This document shows positions 19,718 to 29,933 of a stretch of DNA of 45,580 nucleotides, piece by piece; the stretch's first letter is position 1, and each line of letters opens with the position of its first letter. Source of the DNA: an uncultured bacterium (GTDB lineage Bacteria > CSSED10-310 > CAZUFC01); the NCBI GenBank assembly GCA_964619725.1, contig CAZUFC010000067.1, forward strand, positions 1 through 45,580, read 5' to 3'. Under the pieces are notes generated by a model. That model did no database searches, was not told the origin of the DNA, and worked only from the letters and a program-made list of their open reading frames with translations. A program made the position numbers and the translations under genes.

Positions 19718-19877
19718 GGCAATGATCAAAAATGCCTCTTTTGAGGTTACAATTCTGCGGAATATCCCATCATTTTTTTTCGATTTCGATTGCAAACCCG
19801 ATCCCGATACCGACCCCGATTACTGAAACGAACTGTCGAAAGTCTTGACAGAAGTGTAACCTGGATTTGATCAGTCC
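19718..19877 (-). mobile_element. Family B element (short form, inverted)
   Basis: GGCAATGATCAAA ... TTTTGAGGTTACAATT ... hexamers ... TTTGATCAGTCC. Confidence 0.72.
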
Positions 19878-20027
19878 TGTTCTTTTGCATGCATTTGCTT
19901 GACGCACATTTTACCTCGATAGAAAAGAATACGGAGTTGACTCTGACTCGGTTATGAAAAATGGCGAGATTCAATGATAGTCGGCTGTTTACGTTTGGGC
20001 GGCCAGGAGATGTTTGGAATTTTAGAA

Positions 20028-20062
20028 TTGTCAATGGTCAACTGTCAATCGTCAAGGGTCAA
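20028..20062. repeat. Heptamer tandem repeat (NNGTCAA x5)
   Basis: TTGTCAA TGGTCAA CTGTCAA TCGTCAA GGGTCAA, just downstream of the large gene. Confidence 0.7.
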
Positions 20063-20078
20063 TGATCGCACGGTTGAA

Positions 20079-23000
20079 TTATTTTGATTTATACAATCTA
20101 ATAAAACCTCCGAAGCAAACCAGCAGAAAGATCAGCCCGGCCATGTTGATGGATGGTATTACGGGACATGATTTTGAGGCTTCGTTTGTATTTCCGTAGG
20201 CTCCCATGTTTATGCGTCCGCCGTGGGGTTCCGGTTCGTTCTGGAAAGGATAAGCCGGGTTGCCGGCATCGATGCATGGGGAGCATGCGGGGTCTGAGGA
20301 CCAGGTTCCGCCGTGGTAGCTTCCCATGGTTGACTGGAGGTGGAAGTCCAGGTTTTCCGGGTCGGTGAAAAGCGGGTCTGCATCCATGTTGCCGAGGCCT
20401 TCGAAACCGCCGTTTATATTGGAGTAGGAGACGTTGATCTGGGATTCTACGGAATACATTTCATCCGGTGCATTATTCCAGACGATGCAGTTGACTACGT
20501 CGACAGTGGAATGAACGGCTCTCAATCCGCCGCCCGGTTGATTGCTGGTATTGCCGTAAATCGTGCAGTTGGTCACGACGGCATCGCAGAGATGAAAATA
20601 GATGCCGCCGCTGCAAAGGATACCTTCGGCTGTATTATTAGCGATAATACAGCGGTCAATGACGGCATGGCTGTCGTAGCATCCTATGCCGCCTCCGCCG
20701 TTGCTGTAAGCGCTGTTGTTCCTGAAGATGCAACGGGTAATGGTCGGAGAAGAACCGTATTCGATATAGATGCCGCCTCCGTAATACCCGTTGCCGTTAA
20801 TAACGGTAATGCCTTCCAGGACGGAGGTATGATCTTCATCCTGGTAAAACTTGAATCCGCACCCTTCGTTTTCGCAATCGACGACGCAATCGTAAGGTCC
20901 GTTCTGCGAATATAAGTGAATGGACTTACCCCGAAAATCCACGTATTTGTTGCCCATACCCGTATAAACGCCGTCCAGGATAATGACTTCGCCGCCCTCC
21001 AGAACAGCATCAATCCCCTCCTGTATCGCATCGAAAGGATGCTCCGAAGAACCGCACTCGCCCGGGTCGCTCACTTGGGGATCGCCCGGAGCCGGATCGT
21101 TCGGGGCATCGTCGTCTACGTAGACTATCATGGCCGGGGTCGGGGTTGGGGTTATGGTGGGTGTTGGCGACTGCGATGGAGAAGGCGAGTTTGTTGGAGT
21201 GGGTGTTTGATAAGTGAAAATGCATTGTGAAAAATCATCTACAATGAAATGACAGTCTTCTCCAGGAGAGCCGCCTGTTTTAGCTCTATACCAAAAACGA
21301 TAACTATTAGTTTCCACTTCCATTATCCCAAAATATAAATTAACTGTATTATAATAGACATTCACAGCAAGCTGTGTTTCACTTACATACTGTATGTAAA
21401 TAACAGATTCACCTCCCACAGAACAAATGCCGCTCCATACCATTTCTCCGTCAATGTTTAAATACCAGCGATCGTGGCCCACGCTGAAACCGAAACTTAT
21501 AGAATCGTTTAAAGTTGCAGGAGAATCCCATCCCCAAGAACCATTTTCATAAGGTATTTCATTGTCGGGAGCAACCGTGATCCAACCTGCTCTATTTATA
21601 TCTCCTAAGTTATCTATGTATTTTGTTCGAAAAATTGCCATCAATGTTTCTTCGGAACCCAATTCTACAATATTGTTAAAACCGACATCTACAAATCCAT
21701 TTTCATCGGTGTGGATAGTATACATATGTCCTTTATTGTTCCCAATATAAACATCTGAAGGACCTGAAGTTTGCAATATTTCCCATAATTCCGAATCCCA
21801 TGGATCGCCTGAAGTGCCTGAAAAATTGTCAGTGTAACATGAAGGTGATGTCGTTGGAATCATTGTAGGAAATGCTTCCGTAGCGGTTATTTCAGGGGTC
21901 TCGGTAGGCGTAGAAGTGGGTCCGATTGAAGGAGTCACAGTCGGCGTAAAGAAGCTTTCGCCGTCCCAGGGGTTGGAGCCGGCCCTGTATTCTTCCAGGT
22001 TCGTGTATCCGTCTTCATCCGGGTCTTCATTTGCATCAGCCGGATCGCAGGGATCGAAGCCGAAGAGGCGTTCCCATACGTCAGGCATGCCGTCGTTGTC
22101 GTCGTCGGGGTCTGCTTCGTTGTTTATGCCGTCATTATCGGTGTCGTCGGGATGGGAATCGCTGCCGTTGTTTATGCCGTCTCCGTCGCGGTCGGTGTCC
22201 GCATCGTCGGCTGTGCCGTCGTAATCCATGTCGCCTTTGACCGAGAGAGTGAATTCCTGCGTATCGTATAATCCCCGGCAGTCTCTTACCACCAGTATGA
22301 CGTTGTAATCGCCTATGTCCGCATGAACCGGACTCCAGGTCAGGATGTTCGTTTCCTCGTCGATCGTCAGTCCTGTGGGGCCTTCGGCTATGCCTGTTAT
22401 TAAGGGATGGTTTTCCGGGTCTGCGGCATTTACCGCGTAGACGTAATCAGAGTATTCCAGGGCCTGCGTTACGGGAGTCGACGCGAAATAAGGCGGATCG
22501 TTGGCCGGGTCCTGTTCCAGTACGGTTGAGATGGGGTCGCAGGGGACTCCTTCTGTGCCGTTTTCCTTGTATGCTGAAACGGTAAAATAATATGTAATGC
22601 CTGCCGTCAGTTCATTGATGGTTATCGCCGTATCCGTGCCCGCTCCGACGATGTGAACCGTATCTTCGGGGGCGTCCGTCCAGTAACGGACCGTGTAACC
22701 CGCTACATCGCCGCCGGGAACGGCATCCCATTCCAGGTGAGCTTTGTTTTTGCATGGCTGAACCAGGAGTCCCGCCGGCGCCGGCGGTTCGTCCGGATTG
22801 ATCACTTCCACTGTTCCCTGGCTGTAGGAGACGGCCGGCGAATTTTTGCCGTCGTCTATTACCGCGTAAACATAATATGTGCCGGAATGAACGCCTGTCG
22901 TATCCCATAAATATTGGTCGGTTTCATCATTCTCGTTGATGTCGCCGGCGATCAGGATGCCGTCCGCATTCTGATCGTCTTTGTCGTAATAGAGGTTTAT

Positions 23001-25631
23001 CACGGCATTGTCGTCGGGATCGCCGTCCGTCCAGGCCAGGAGATACTCGTCCGAACCGGACTGAGCGGAAGAGGGTTCGATCATTTCTATTACGGGAGCG
23101 GCATTCATGCCCTTGAGTTCGACGTGGTAAACTCCGATGTTTGCGGAATTGGTCAGGTCGACCTGCCACAGTCCCTCCTGGGGTTGCTTGATGACGTAAT
23201 AGGCTTCTTTCCGGGGCGAAAGATTCCGATATGTAATTATTACATCATCTGAATCGGCAGGGGTGATACGGGTTGCATCAGGACGTATCAGTTCCACATC
23301 GGTGTCGTTTTCCGTCCAGGTTGCGCGGAACATGACGTAATCGAGGCCTGCCGGCAACTGATACTGTTCTACGACGTCTTTTGCTTCGGTCTGTTTTTTC
23401 GGGGCCGGCGGAAGGTTCAGGTCTTCCAGGTTCAGTCCCACAACCAGTTCGCCGTCTGAAGTAAAGGCGAATGCGACGGTCAGAATGCCTACGTCTACTT
23501 CGCCGCAGATGTAATTGTTGGTGAAATAGGCGTTTATCGTGGAGAATTGCATGCCGCCGATGAAGGGGTAATCTTGGGGTACGGTAAGATTTCCAGTCGC
23601 CTCGCCGGTCATGTTTTCGTTGAAGTCCGCCCGGACGTCTCCCTGGCCGTTGAAAATATCAATAATGTTAACGTCGCCCCAGGCGTGGAGACCGGCTTCG
23701 GCGTGACCTTCGACGCCCCAGCCGACGTGCATGTTTCCCAGGTTGAAGCCTTCGAATCCGGAAGAGGAGAGAACGAACACGGATATTTCTCCAAGGAAGT
23801 ATCCGCTGGTATCTATCGTGACGCTGCCCTGGACTTCAGCCAGGTATAAAGGCGAAGGCGGCGGAGGCGTTCCCAGGGTTATGGTGGCGAAAATAATCAA
23901 GGGCGGGTTGTATAAGCCGTCCAGAGCGCCGCCGAATTGAGTCAGTGCGAACGGGGTATTGGGTATGGTCCAGTTTCCGCTGAGAATGAGGGATAGTGAA
24001 TTGACGTAACCTTGGATGGTTTCGATGGAACCGTCGACCTGTACTATGTTGGGGATTATCATAGTGCCTGAACCGCTGTAAATTTGTTCTCCTGTATTCA
24101 CATCAACGTCAATGCTTTCGAATCGCCAGCCGACTCCGGGCAGTCCGATCGGACCGGGAAAATGAAATCCTGCGTCGACGACGATGCCGTTGGTTTCAGA
24201 TATTTCCAGTTCGTGAATATCCGCTGATGCGCCCCCAATGACGTCCGGCAATTCCACTGACCCTGAAACCAGAATGCCGTCCAGTATGTCGGTTAATCTT
24301 ATCGTAGTTATTTCAACCTTTAATGACGTTATGTCGAGAAGTGAAGCCAGATCGTTCAGGGCTGTAGTCGATCCCGTCGCAGCGTTGAAATCGAAATCGC
24401 CTTCGTAAATATCGACAAAACCCAGCTCAGGAACTTCGACATACATAAGTCCGTTACCGAAAACCTTAAGGCTGCCGCTGCGCTGGTCGATGTAGACAGA
24501 ACCGTCGACATGCAGGGCATCGTTAATCAGGACGTGTCCTTCGGCCAGCCAGAGGTCCTGTTCGGGTTGGGAGAACTCATTTTCCGTCGTTACGGTCAGC
24601 AGGCCCAGGGTAATGGTATCGCCTGTCGGGTCGGCAGGTCCATCTTCAACCGTTATGTCGAAATCTTCGGTGTATTCGTTCGTATCGTCGTCCGTAACGT
24701 GAACGATGCCGGTTTTTATTCCGACGATGTCGGGATCGTTCACCGTCAGGTCAAAGGAATAAACGCCGTCGCCGGCTACGTTGTCGCCGCCGCGAACCCC
24801 GTCGTCATACATCGCCTGGTCGGCCTGAAGGCCGAACTCCGTCAGGTCGAGAGTCACTGATTCGATTTCCCCCATATCGTCCAGACGGTAGGTTCGCGCC
24901 CTGATCAGGATGCTTTCGGTTCCGTTGTTCAGTATTGATGTGGACGACAGGTTGACGATGCTGGTCGGGCTGACGGGCGTTAATGTGGGCGTCTGGGTGG
25001 GGATGGCGGTGGGCGAACCTGTCGGTGTCGGCGTATCGGTCCGATAAGGCGTGTCGGTTGGGATGTTCGTGGGGAGTGGAGTATCGGTCGGCGTGCGGGT
25101 TGGACGTAATTCAACTTGTATATCAAATGAAAGACAGTTATTGGTCATATCCGATTCTTCTACTTCAGGAATCGTATCTTTGTTGGCGCAAATGATTATG
25201 TAATACAACCCAGGCTCAGCATCATCCGGTATTTCAGCATTTATAGCACAGAAATCTCTTCCGTCATAGGAGTAGATTATAAATGTTGTCGTTAACTGAT
25301 TGCCGCCGATATGTTCGTCTCCTGTATCCCAGGAATTGTCCTCGGAAAAAAAGATTTTGTTGCGGTAATAACGACCTAATCCACCCAAAAAATGAAAGTC
25401 GCCGCTTCCCTGATTGAAAACGGTGTAATCAATGTCGATTCTTTGCCCGGGATAATAAGGGTCGTCAAATTCAAATGAAACATCGGTTACGATTAAGTCA
25501 GGCAATGATCGTCCTGGCGGATTTTCAGCGATAATGACCGATGAATGAAGCAATATTCCGAAAAAAAACAAAAATGCTAGAGCTGAAAGTATCCTGGTGG
25601 TCTTTGAACTTAAGGTGAAATTTTTAATCAT
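20079..25631 (-). CDS. 1850-aa secreted, surface-anchored multidomain protein
   Basis: Signal peptide; CARDB-like (LPDLIVTDV...EESDMTNN); Pro/Thr linkers; YDDG...AGDGVYS module; long beta-rich region; FnIII; Ig/cadherin-like; Asp-rich Ca-binding repeats (DGYTNLEEY); right-handed beta-helix (GGGIY...NN, SPCIDAG); C-terminal IPSIN+TM+basic tail. Confidence 0.9.
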   Translation of the reverse strand: MIKNFTLSSKTTRILSALAFLFFFGILLHSSVIIAENPPGRSLPDLIVTDVSFEFDDPYYPGQRIDIDYTVFNQGSGDFHFLGGLGRYYRNKIFFSEDNSWDTGDEHIGGNQLTTTFIIYSYDGRDFCAINAEIPDDAEPGLYYIIICANKDTIPEVEESDMTNNCLSFDIQVELRPTRTPTDTPLPTNIPTDTPYRTDTPTPTGSPTAIPTQTPTLTPVSPTSIVNLSSTSILNNGTESILIRARTYRLDDMGEIESVTLDLTEFGLQADQAMYDDGVRGGDNVAGDGVYSFDLTVNDPDIVGIKTGIVHVTDDDTNEYTEDFDITVEDGPADPTGDTITLGLLTVTTENEFSQPEQDLWLAEGHVLINDALHVDGSVYIDQRSGSLKVFGNGLMYVEVPELGFVDIYEGDFDFNAATGSTTALNDLASLLDITSLKVEITTIRLTDILDGILVSGSVELPDVIGGASADIHELEISETNGIVVDAGFHFPGPIGLPGVGWRFESIDVDVNTGEQIYSGSGTMIIPNIVQVDGSIETIQGYVNSLSLILSGNWTIPNTPFALTQFGGALDGLYNPPLIIFATITLGTPPPPSPLYLAEVQGSVTIDTSGYFLGEISVFVLSSSGFEGFNLGNMHVGWGVEGHAEAGLHAWGDVNIIDIFNGQGDVRADFNENMTGEATGNLTVPQDYPFIGGMQFSTINAYFTNNYICGEVDVGILTVAFAFTSDGELVVGLNLEDLNLPPAPKKQTEAKDVVEQYQLPAGLDYVMFRATWTENDTDVELIRPDATRITPADSDDVIITYRNLSPRKEAYYVIKQPQEGLWQVDLTNSANIGVYHVELKGMNAAPVIEMIEPSSAQSGSDEYLLAWTDGDPDDNAVINLYYDKDDQNADGILIAGDINENDETDQYLWDTTGVHSGTYYVYAVIDDGKNSPAVSYSQGTVEVINPDEPPAPAGLLVQPCKNKAHLEWDAVPGGDVAGYTVRYWTDAPEDTVHIVGAGTDTAITINELTAGITYYFTVSAYKENGTEGVPCDPISTVLEQDPANDPPYFASTPVTQALEYSDYVYAVNAADPENHPLITGIAEGPTGLTIDEETNILTWSPVHADIGDYNVILVVRDCRGLYDTQEFTLSVKGDMDYDGTADDADTDRDGDGINNGSDSHPDDTDNDGINNEADPDDDNDGMPDVWERLFGFDPCDPADANEDPDEDGYTNLEEYRAGSNPWDGESFFTPTVTPSIGPTSTPTETPEITATEAFPTMIPTTSPSCYTDNFSGTSGDPWDSELWEILQTSGPSDVYIGNNKGHMYTIHTDENGFVDVGFNNIVELGSEETLMAIFRTKYIDNLGDINRAGWITVAPDNEIPYENGSWGWDSPATLNDSISFGFSVGHDRWYLNIDGEMVWSGICSVGGESVIYIQYVSETQLAVNVYYNTVNLYFGIMEVETNSYRFWYRAKTGGSPGEDCHFIVDDFSQCIFTYQTPTPTNSPSPSQSPTPTITPTPTPAMIVYVDDDAPNDPAPGDPQVSDPGECGSSEHPFDAIQEGIDAVLEGGEVIILDGVYTGMGNKYVDFRGKSIHLYSQNGPYDCVVDCENEGCGFKFYQDEDHTSVLEGITVINGNGYYGGGIYIEYGSSPTITRCIFRNNSAYSNGGGGIGCYDSHAVIDRCIIANNTAEGILCSGGIYFHLCDAVVTNCTIYGNTSNQPGGGLRAVHSTVDVVNCIVWNNAPDEMYSVESQINVSYSNINGGFEGLGNMDADPLFTDPENLDFHLQSTMGSYHGGTWSSDPACSPCIDAGNPAYPFQNEPEPHGGRINMGAYGNTNEASKSCPVIPSINMAGLIFLLVCFGGFIRLYKSK

Positions 25632-25876
25632 GAATCGTCCTCCTCCTGAACGAGGCGAAAAGTACAGAATAACGCCTTCTTAATGATAAACGAAAAAGCA
25701 GCGGAAATGGGACAATTTTTTTTGTTAATTCGCAAAATTTCTCGGATGATTATTTTTATCAAGCGTTGAAATTTCTGAAGATGCCGGTTTGCCGGAATGC
25801 CGTTTTTATTGGGGTATTAGTGCAATGAGACTGATTGAGTAATCAATCAGTCAGAACAGGTCCGAAGCCTTTATTA

Positions 25877-25904
25877 TTGAGTTCAACGTTGTTTATGCTA
25901 TAAT
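25877..25904 (+). promoter_or_regulatory. Putative promoter of vapBC
   Basis: TTGAGT-16 bp-extended -10 TGcTATAAT. Confidence 0.55.
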
Positions 25905-25972
25905 AGACGCTGACTGTGCATGGATTTGCACGCGGCGAATTTCAATTATTAGCGTATTGAGGTCAAGCAGTA

Positions 25973-26212
25973 ATGGCGAAAACGATCACTTTGGAATTAT
26001 CTGATAATATCTATGAATTGCTGAAGCTGACGGCGGATCAGATCGGCGAAACACCTGAGCAAATAGTTTTAGGCTGCATAGAAAACAGAGTTAAACAAGC
26101 AAAGGAAGACCCTTTATTGGAACTGGCCGGAATATTTGAATCAGAAGCGACGAATATCAGCGACAAGCATGATGAGTATCTTGGCGAGGAGTTGAGATCA
26201 AAGCATGAATGA
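25973..26212 (+). CDS. Antitoxin (ribbon-helix-helix-like)
   Basis: MAKTITLELSD..., DPLLELAG..., SDKHDEYL; overlaps the PIN gene start. Confidence 0.78.
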   Translation: MAKTITLELSDNIYELLKLTADQIGETPEQIVLGCIENRVKQAKEDPLLELAGIFESEATNISDKHDEYLGEELRSKHE

Positions 26213-26621
26213 GATATTTGCAGACACATCCGGCTGGGCATCTTTTTTCGTCAGCACAGAGCCTTTTCATGAAAAAGCAAAAAGATTGATGCAGCAATGG
26301 CGTCTGAAAAACGTTCAAATCGTGACTTCGAATTACGTTTTGCTGGAACTGGTCGCTTTGTTTACTAATCCGCTTAGAATTCCCCGGTTCAGACAGATAG
26401 AAACGATCGAAACATTGAAAGATACCACCTGGGTTGAAATTGTGCACATTGATTCGACGATGGATGAAGAAGCCTGGAAATTATTGAAGGAACGCCGGGA
26501 TAAAACATGGAGTCTCACGGATTGCGCGAGTTTTGTAGTTATGGGAAAAAGAAAAATAATTACTGCCTTTACGACAGATCATCACTTTGAACAGGCAGGA
26601 TATGTGAAAATTTTAAAATGA
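26205..26621 (+). CDS. vapC: PIN-domain VapC toxin
   Basis: IFADTSGW, NYVLLE, WSLTDCASF, AFTTDHHFEQAG; acidic catalytic residues intact. Confidence 0.92.
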   Translation: MNEIFADTSGWASFFVSTEPFHEKAKRLMQQWRLKNVQIVTSNYVLLELVALFTNPLRIPRFRQIETIETLKDTTWVEIVHIDSTMDEEAWKLLKERRDKTWSLTDCASFVVMGKRKIITAFTTDHHFEQAGYVKILK

Positions 26622-26770
26622 TCTTGAATGGCGGACATGGAGGACATGGCGGAATAGAGGAGTTTACGGCGCTGTCATAGAGTCATGTGAAGCCTGTAAT
26701 GAATTCAGTCAGAGCGCAGAGAAGAGGCAGAGAAATCCGATCATAATTATTTGTCGGCTTTATGGCGTGT

Positions 26771-27643
26771 TTACGGCGGGTTTGGGCTCGCCGGGACGTA
26801 AACGGTTGTTCTTCCGGTTTTGTTGGATTTTTTCAATATCCGTTTTTCAGTCAGGTCTTTTAAGTCTCTCAGGGCGGTCCTTGCGGAGATGTTATGCATG
26901 GTTCTGTATTCCCTGTTCGATATGCTTCCGGTTTGTTCGGCCTGTTTGACGGCGTTGATTTGCCTTTCATTCAGGTCCTTGTCGCTGAAGCGTTCTTCGG
27001 GCGTCAGGTGTTTTTTGAACATGGCCAGGAAGCCTCCGCTGGTTTCTTTGAACAGAGGCTGCGGCAATCCTGCTTCCCTGCAGAGGCTGATTATTCTTTG
27101 AATGCCGCTGCCGTAGCGTTCGATTAATCCCATATCGTAGAATATTCCAGCAATCTGTTTATTGCGCGGGATGGAGGAATGAGATGGCTGATATAATTCC
27201 TCCACGGTGATTCCGAAGGGCAGACGGCCCGGATTCCATATTTGAATCCTGTCGTCGTGAATTTTGATCTGAATGTCAGACGGCATGCTATAATCACGAT
27301 GGCAAAAAGCATTGACCACGGCTTCCCGCAGCGCTTCCAGGGGATAATCCCATATTTCCTCACGCCTGGGTTTACCGGTTATGACGAAGCGGACGTTAAT
27401 GTTTTTTCTGATAAAATCCATCACCTCTTCAACCTGGTCCGCAATGGGGCCGTCTATAATTCTGTCGTCGATAATGACGATTTCTTTTTTAAAGCGACCG
27501 CAATGGACCTGTGCCTGAGTCAAAGGCGATTGAGGATTCATACCGAATAAGAGTATCGAAGCCCAGGTCGGTTGATCGTTCGTGAGCATTTCCAGTTTTC
27601 TTAAAATATCCAGAGGATTTTCAGATTCAGAAATATTCCTTGT
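26771..27643 (-). pseudogene. 5'-truncated ATP-binding/HTH protein (RecG-C-like HATPase + wHTH; family usually carries an N-terminal AlbA_2/Schlafen domain)
   Basis: YPLEALREAVVNAFCHRDY, IWNPG, PRNKQIA, IERYGSGI, C-terminal HTH (SNREYR...TALRDL); frame stays open ~18 codons upstream of 27589 and then hits a stop. Confidence 0.75.
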
Positions 27644-27882
27644 CCCTCATTTAATTTACGTCGACCTTTCGAAAATGTCAAAGTCGGCTTTTTTGGATTC
27701 TGATATGTGGGGATGATGGTCTTCATTTTTATAGCGGACTTTGCGGACTTTGCGGACTTGAGGAAGAGACTTTGAGGGCATATCCTGAATAAATAAGCGC
27801 GGTTTCAAAACCGGTGGACATTCTTCCTTTGATGAGCGGAATCGTGCTGCGTATTTGACTGGACCGATTTTCAGGGGTTTTC

Positions 27883-27911
27883 TTGACCCTTGTTTTTATT
27901 ACATTTATGAT
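27883..27911 (+). promoter_or_regulatory. Putative promoter of the methyltransferase
   Basis: TTGACC-17 bp-TATGAT. Confidence 0.55.
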
Positions 27912-27962
27912 TGGGCGAACTTTTATTGATGGACCCGCTAAGGCAGTTGGGACTGAATCATC

Positions 27963-29375
27963 ATGAAAAAACGACGTAAAAGCACATCGACATCGAAATT
28001 CGGCGCGGGTCGTCGTGAAGGACATGATGCGGCGAGTTTTTATGCCCGGTTTGAATCGCCGGAAATATCGCGGGACGATGTTATTTACCGGGGCAAACTT
28101 GATAAACTTAATAATCTGGTCATAAAGGGCGATTCGCGTTGTATGAAGGAGATACCGTCGGATTCGGTCGCGCTTGTGGTGACGTCGCCGCCTTATTTCG
28201 TGGGCAAGGAATACGAGGAGTCTCTGGGTCAGGGTCATGTTCCTGATTCTTACTTCAGTTATCTTGAATTGTTGAGAGAGGTATTTGCCGAATGCAAGCG
28301 GACCCTGGAACCCGGAGGGCGCATAGCGGTAAATGTGGCGAACCTGGGCCGGAAGCCTTATCGCAGCCTGTCGGCCGACGTTATTCGCATATTGCAGGAT
28401 GACCTTAAGATGCTGCTCAGGGGCGAGATCATATGGAAAAAGGGCAGGGGAGCTTCCGGATCATGCGCCTGGGGGTCTTACAGGAGCGCTTCCAATCCTG
28501 TGTTGCGGGACTTGACTGAGCGAGTGATCGTGGCGTGCAAGGGACGTTTTGACCGTGCTGTCCCGATCAGGAAGAGAAGAGAAGAGAATCTGCCTTTTGA
28601 AAATACCGTCACGGCGGACGAATTCATGGAAGCTACCCTGGACGTCTGGGAGCTGAATACAGAGAGGGCCGGCAGGGTCGGGCATCCCGCTCCCTTCCCT
28701 GTTGAACTGCCGCAACGTTTGATCGAACTTTATACCTACAGGAACGACCTGGTGCTGGACCCTTTCCTGGGCTCAGGTTCGGCGGCCGTCGCAGCTTTGC
28801 GCTCAGGCAGACGCTTCGCGGGGTATGATATCGATGCCGGCTATATCGATACAGCCAAAAAAAGAATCAGAAAAGAAAAAGCCGACTTAAAGCATGTTCG
28901 CCGGATTGCCTGTTCAGATGAAGGAAAAGCTGTTCATGAAGCGGCGCGAAATTTGCTGCAAGAGTGCGGATTCCGGAAAATAAAAAGAAACAGGAAAATA
29001 CCCGGGCTTGGCGTAACAGTCAGTTTCATCGCTGAAGATGAAACAGGTGAAACCTGGCATTTTATCGTTTCAGGAGCTTATACCCTGGCCAGATCGGGGC
29101 TGCAGAGAACCGATACGGCATATCAAGCTCTGGGGGTCGCTTCCATCCTGGTCAGAAACGGATTCGCTCCGGTCGTCCTGGCGGCAGCCGAATTGCCGGA
29201 AAAAAAATCCGCCGCTGATGTCGCCCTGCATGCTGCCGGACCGGAACTCTTATTTGATGTGGTCAAAATTACATCAACACTGGACCGGGCCAAGTTGAAA
29301 CAATACGCTGCCGGCGACCGACAGAAACCTCTTGCCGGATTCTGGACTGCGGAAGAATTAGGCTGCGCTGACTGA
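27963..29375 (+). CDS. Beta-class amino-methyltransferase (probably N4-cytosine) with a C-terminal restriction-endonuclease-like domain
   Basis: Motif IV TSPPY precedes motif I VLDPFLGSGS; HPAPFPVELP; extra ~150-aa alpha/beta C-terminal domain. Confidence 0.9.
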   Translation: MKKRRKSTSTSKFGAGRREGHDAASFYARFESPEISRDDVIYRGKLDKLNNLVIKGDSRCMKEIPSDSVALVVTSPPYFVGKEYEESLGQGHVPDSYFSYLELLREVFAECKRTLEPGGRIAVNVANLGRKPYRSLSADVIRILQDDLKMLLRGEIIWKKGRGASGSCAWGSYRSASNPVLRDLTERVIVACKGRFDRAVPIRKRREENLPFENTVTADEFMEATLDVWELNTERAGRVGHPAPFPVELPQRLIELYTYRNDLVLDPFLGSGSAAVAALRSGRRFAGYDIDAGYIDTAKKRIRKEKADLKHVRRIACSDEGKAVHEAARNLLQECGFRKIKRNRKIPGLGVTVSFIAEDETGETWHFIVSGAYTLARSGLQRTDTAYQALGVASILVRNGFAPVVLAAAELPEKKSAADVALHAAGPELLFDVVKITSTLDRAKLKQYAAGDRQKPLAGFWTAEELGCAD

Positions 29376-29638
29376 TAACATCTGTTTGCGATATTAAATT
29401 TAAAGATGCAGAATGCATGATGTCCTGCTGATGGATGAATTTTAGTCCGTGTGTTTCGAGATTGAATTGCGTTGACCATTTCAACCGTTTCGCCGCTGTC
29501 AATTCGTTATGATTATTCGATGGAAATATTTCATATCGCCTTTTTACGGTGAAGAACTTTTGGTCCGGGCGATAGTTCTTCATGTAGTAAATATTAATAT
29601 AAATTACATCGTATTTCAGCTTGGGCGTAAACGGGTTT

Positions 29639-29699
29639 ATAGCGGACGGAGCGGACCTGGCGGACAGGGCGGACTTGGCGGACTGAGCGGACAGGACAG
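29639..29699. repeat. 9-bp tandem repeat GCGGACNNN (related arrays at 27731-27760 and 26630-26655)
   Basis: ATAGCGGACGGAGCGGACCTGGCGGACAGGGCGGACTTGGCGGACTGAGCGGAC. Confidence 0.75.
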
Positions 29700-29744
29700 A
29701 GAGTTGCTTTACCCGGAATTTGAAATAATCTGGATTTTGATCAT

Positions 29745-29830
29745 CGTCATGTTTCTGTGTTTCCTTTTCGATATGCTTCCGGGTTGTTCGGCTTTTTTGA
29801 CGGCGTTGTTTTTTTTCATTCAAGTCCTCA
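29745..29830 (-). pseudogene. Degenerate duplicate of the HTH-coding end of the 26771-27643 gene
   Basis: TTCGATATGCTTCCGG.TTGTTCGGC.T.TTTGACGGCGTTG...TTTCATTCA.GTCCT matches ~26915-26980. Confidence 0.7.
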
Positions 29831-29933
29831 TTTACGCTACGCAGTTTGAAACATCAAAGTTATGATCAACGATCGGCGGCTGAGTTGTTGATTTATTGGG
29901 CTAAGAAGAGGGATTTTTGCCTGCGGAAATTCC

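Noticed and set aside
2392..19877. CRISPR-associated transposon interpretation
   Set aside because: cas3 and adaptation genes are intact and no tnsABC/tniQ or other transposase is encoded; nearby elements are dispersed MITEs.
29269..29865. ORFs 29269-29823 (-) and 29509-29865 (+)
   Set aside because: Chimeric reads through a degenerate HTH remnant and nonamer repeats.
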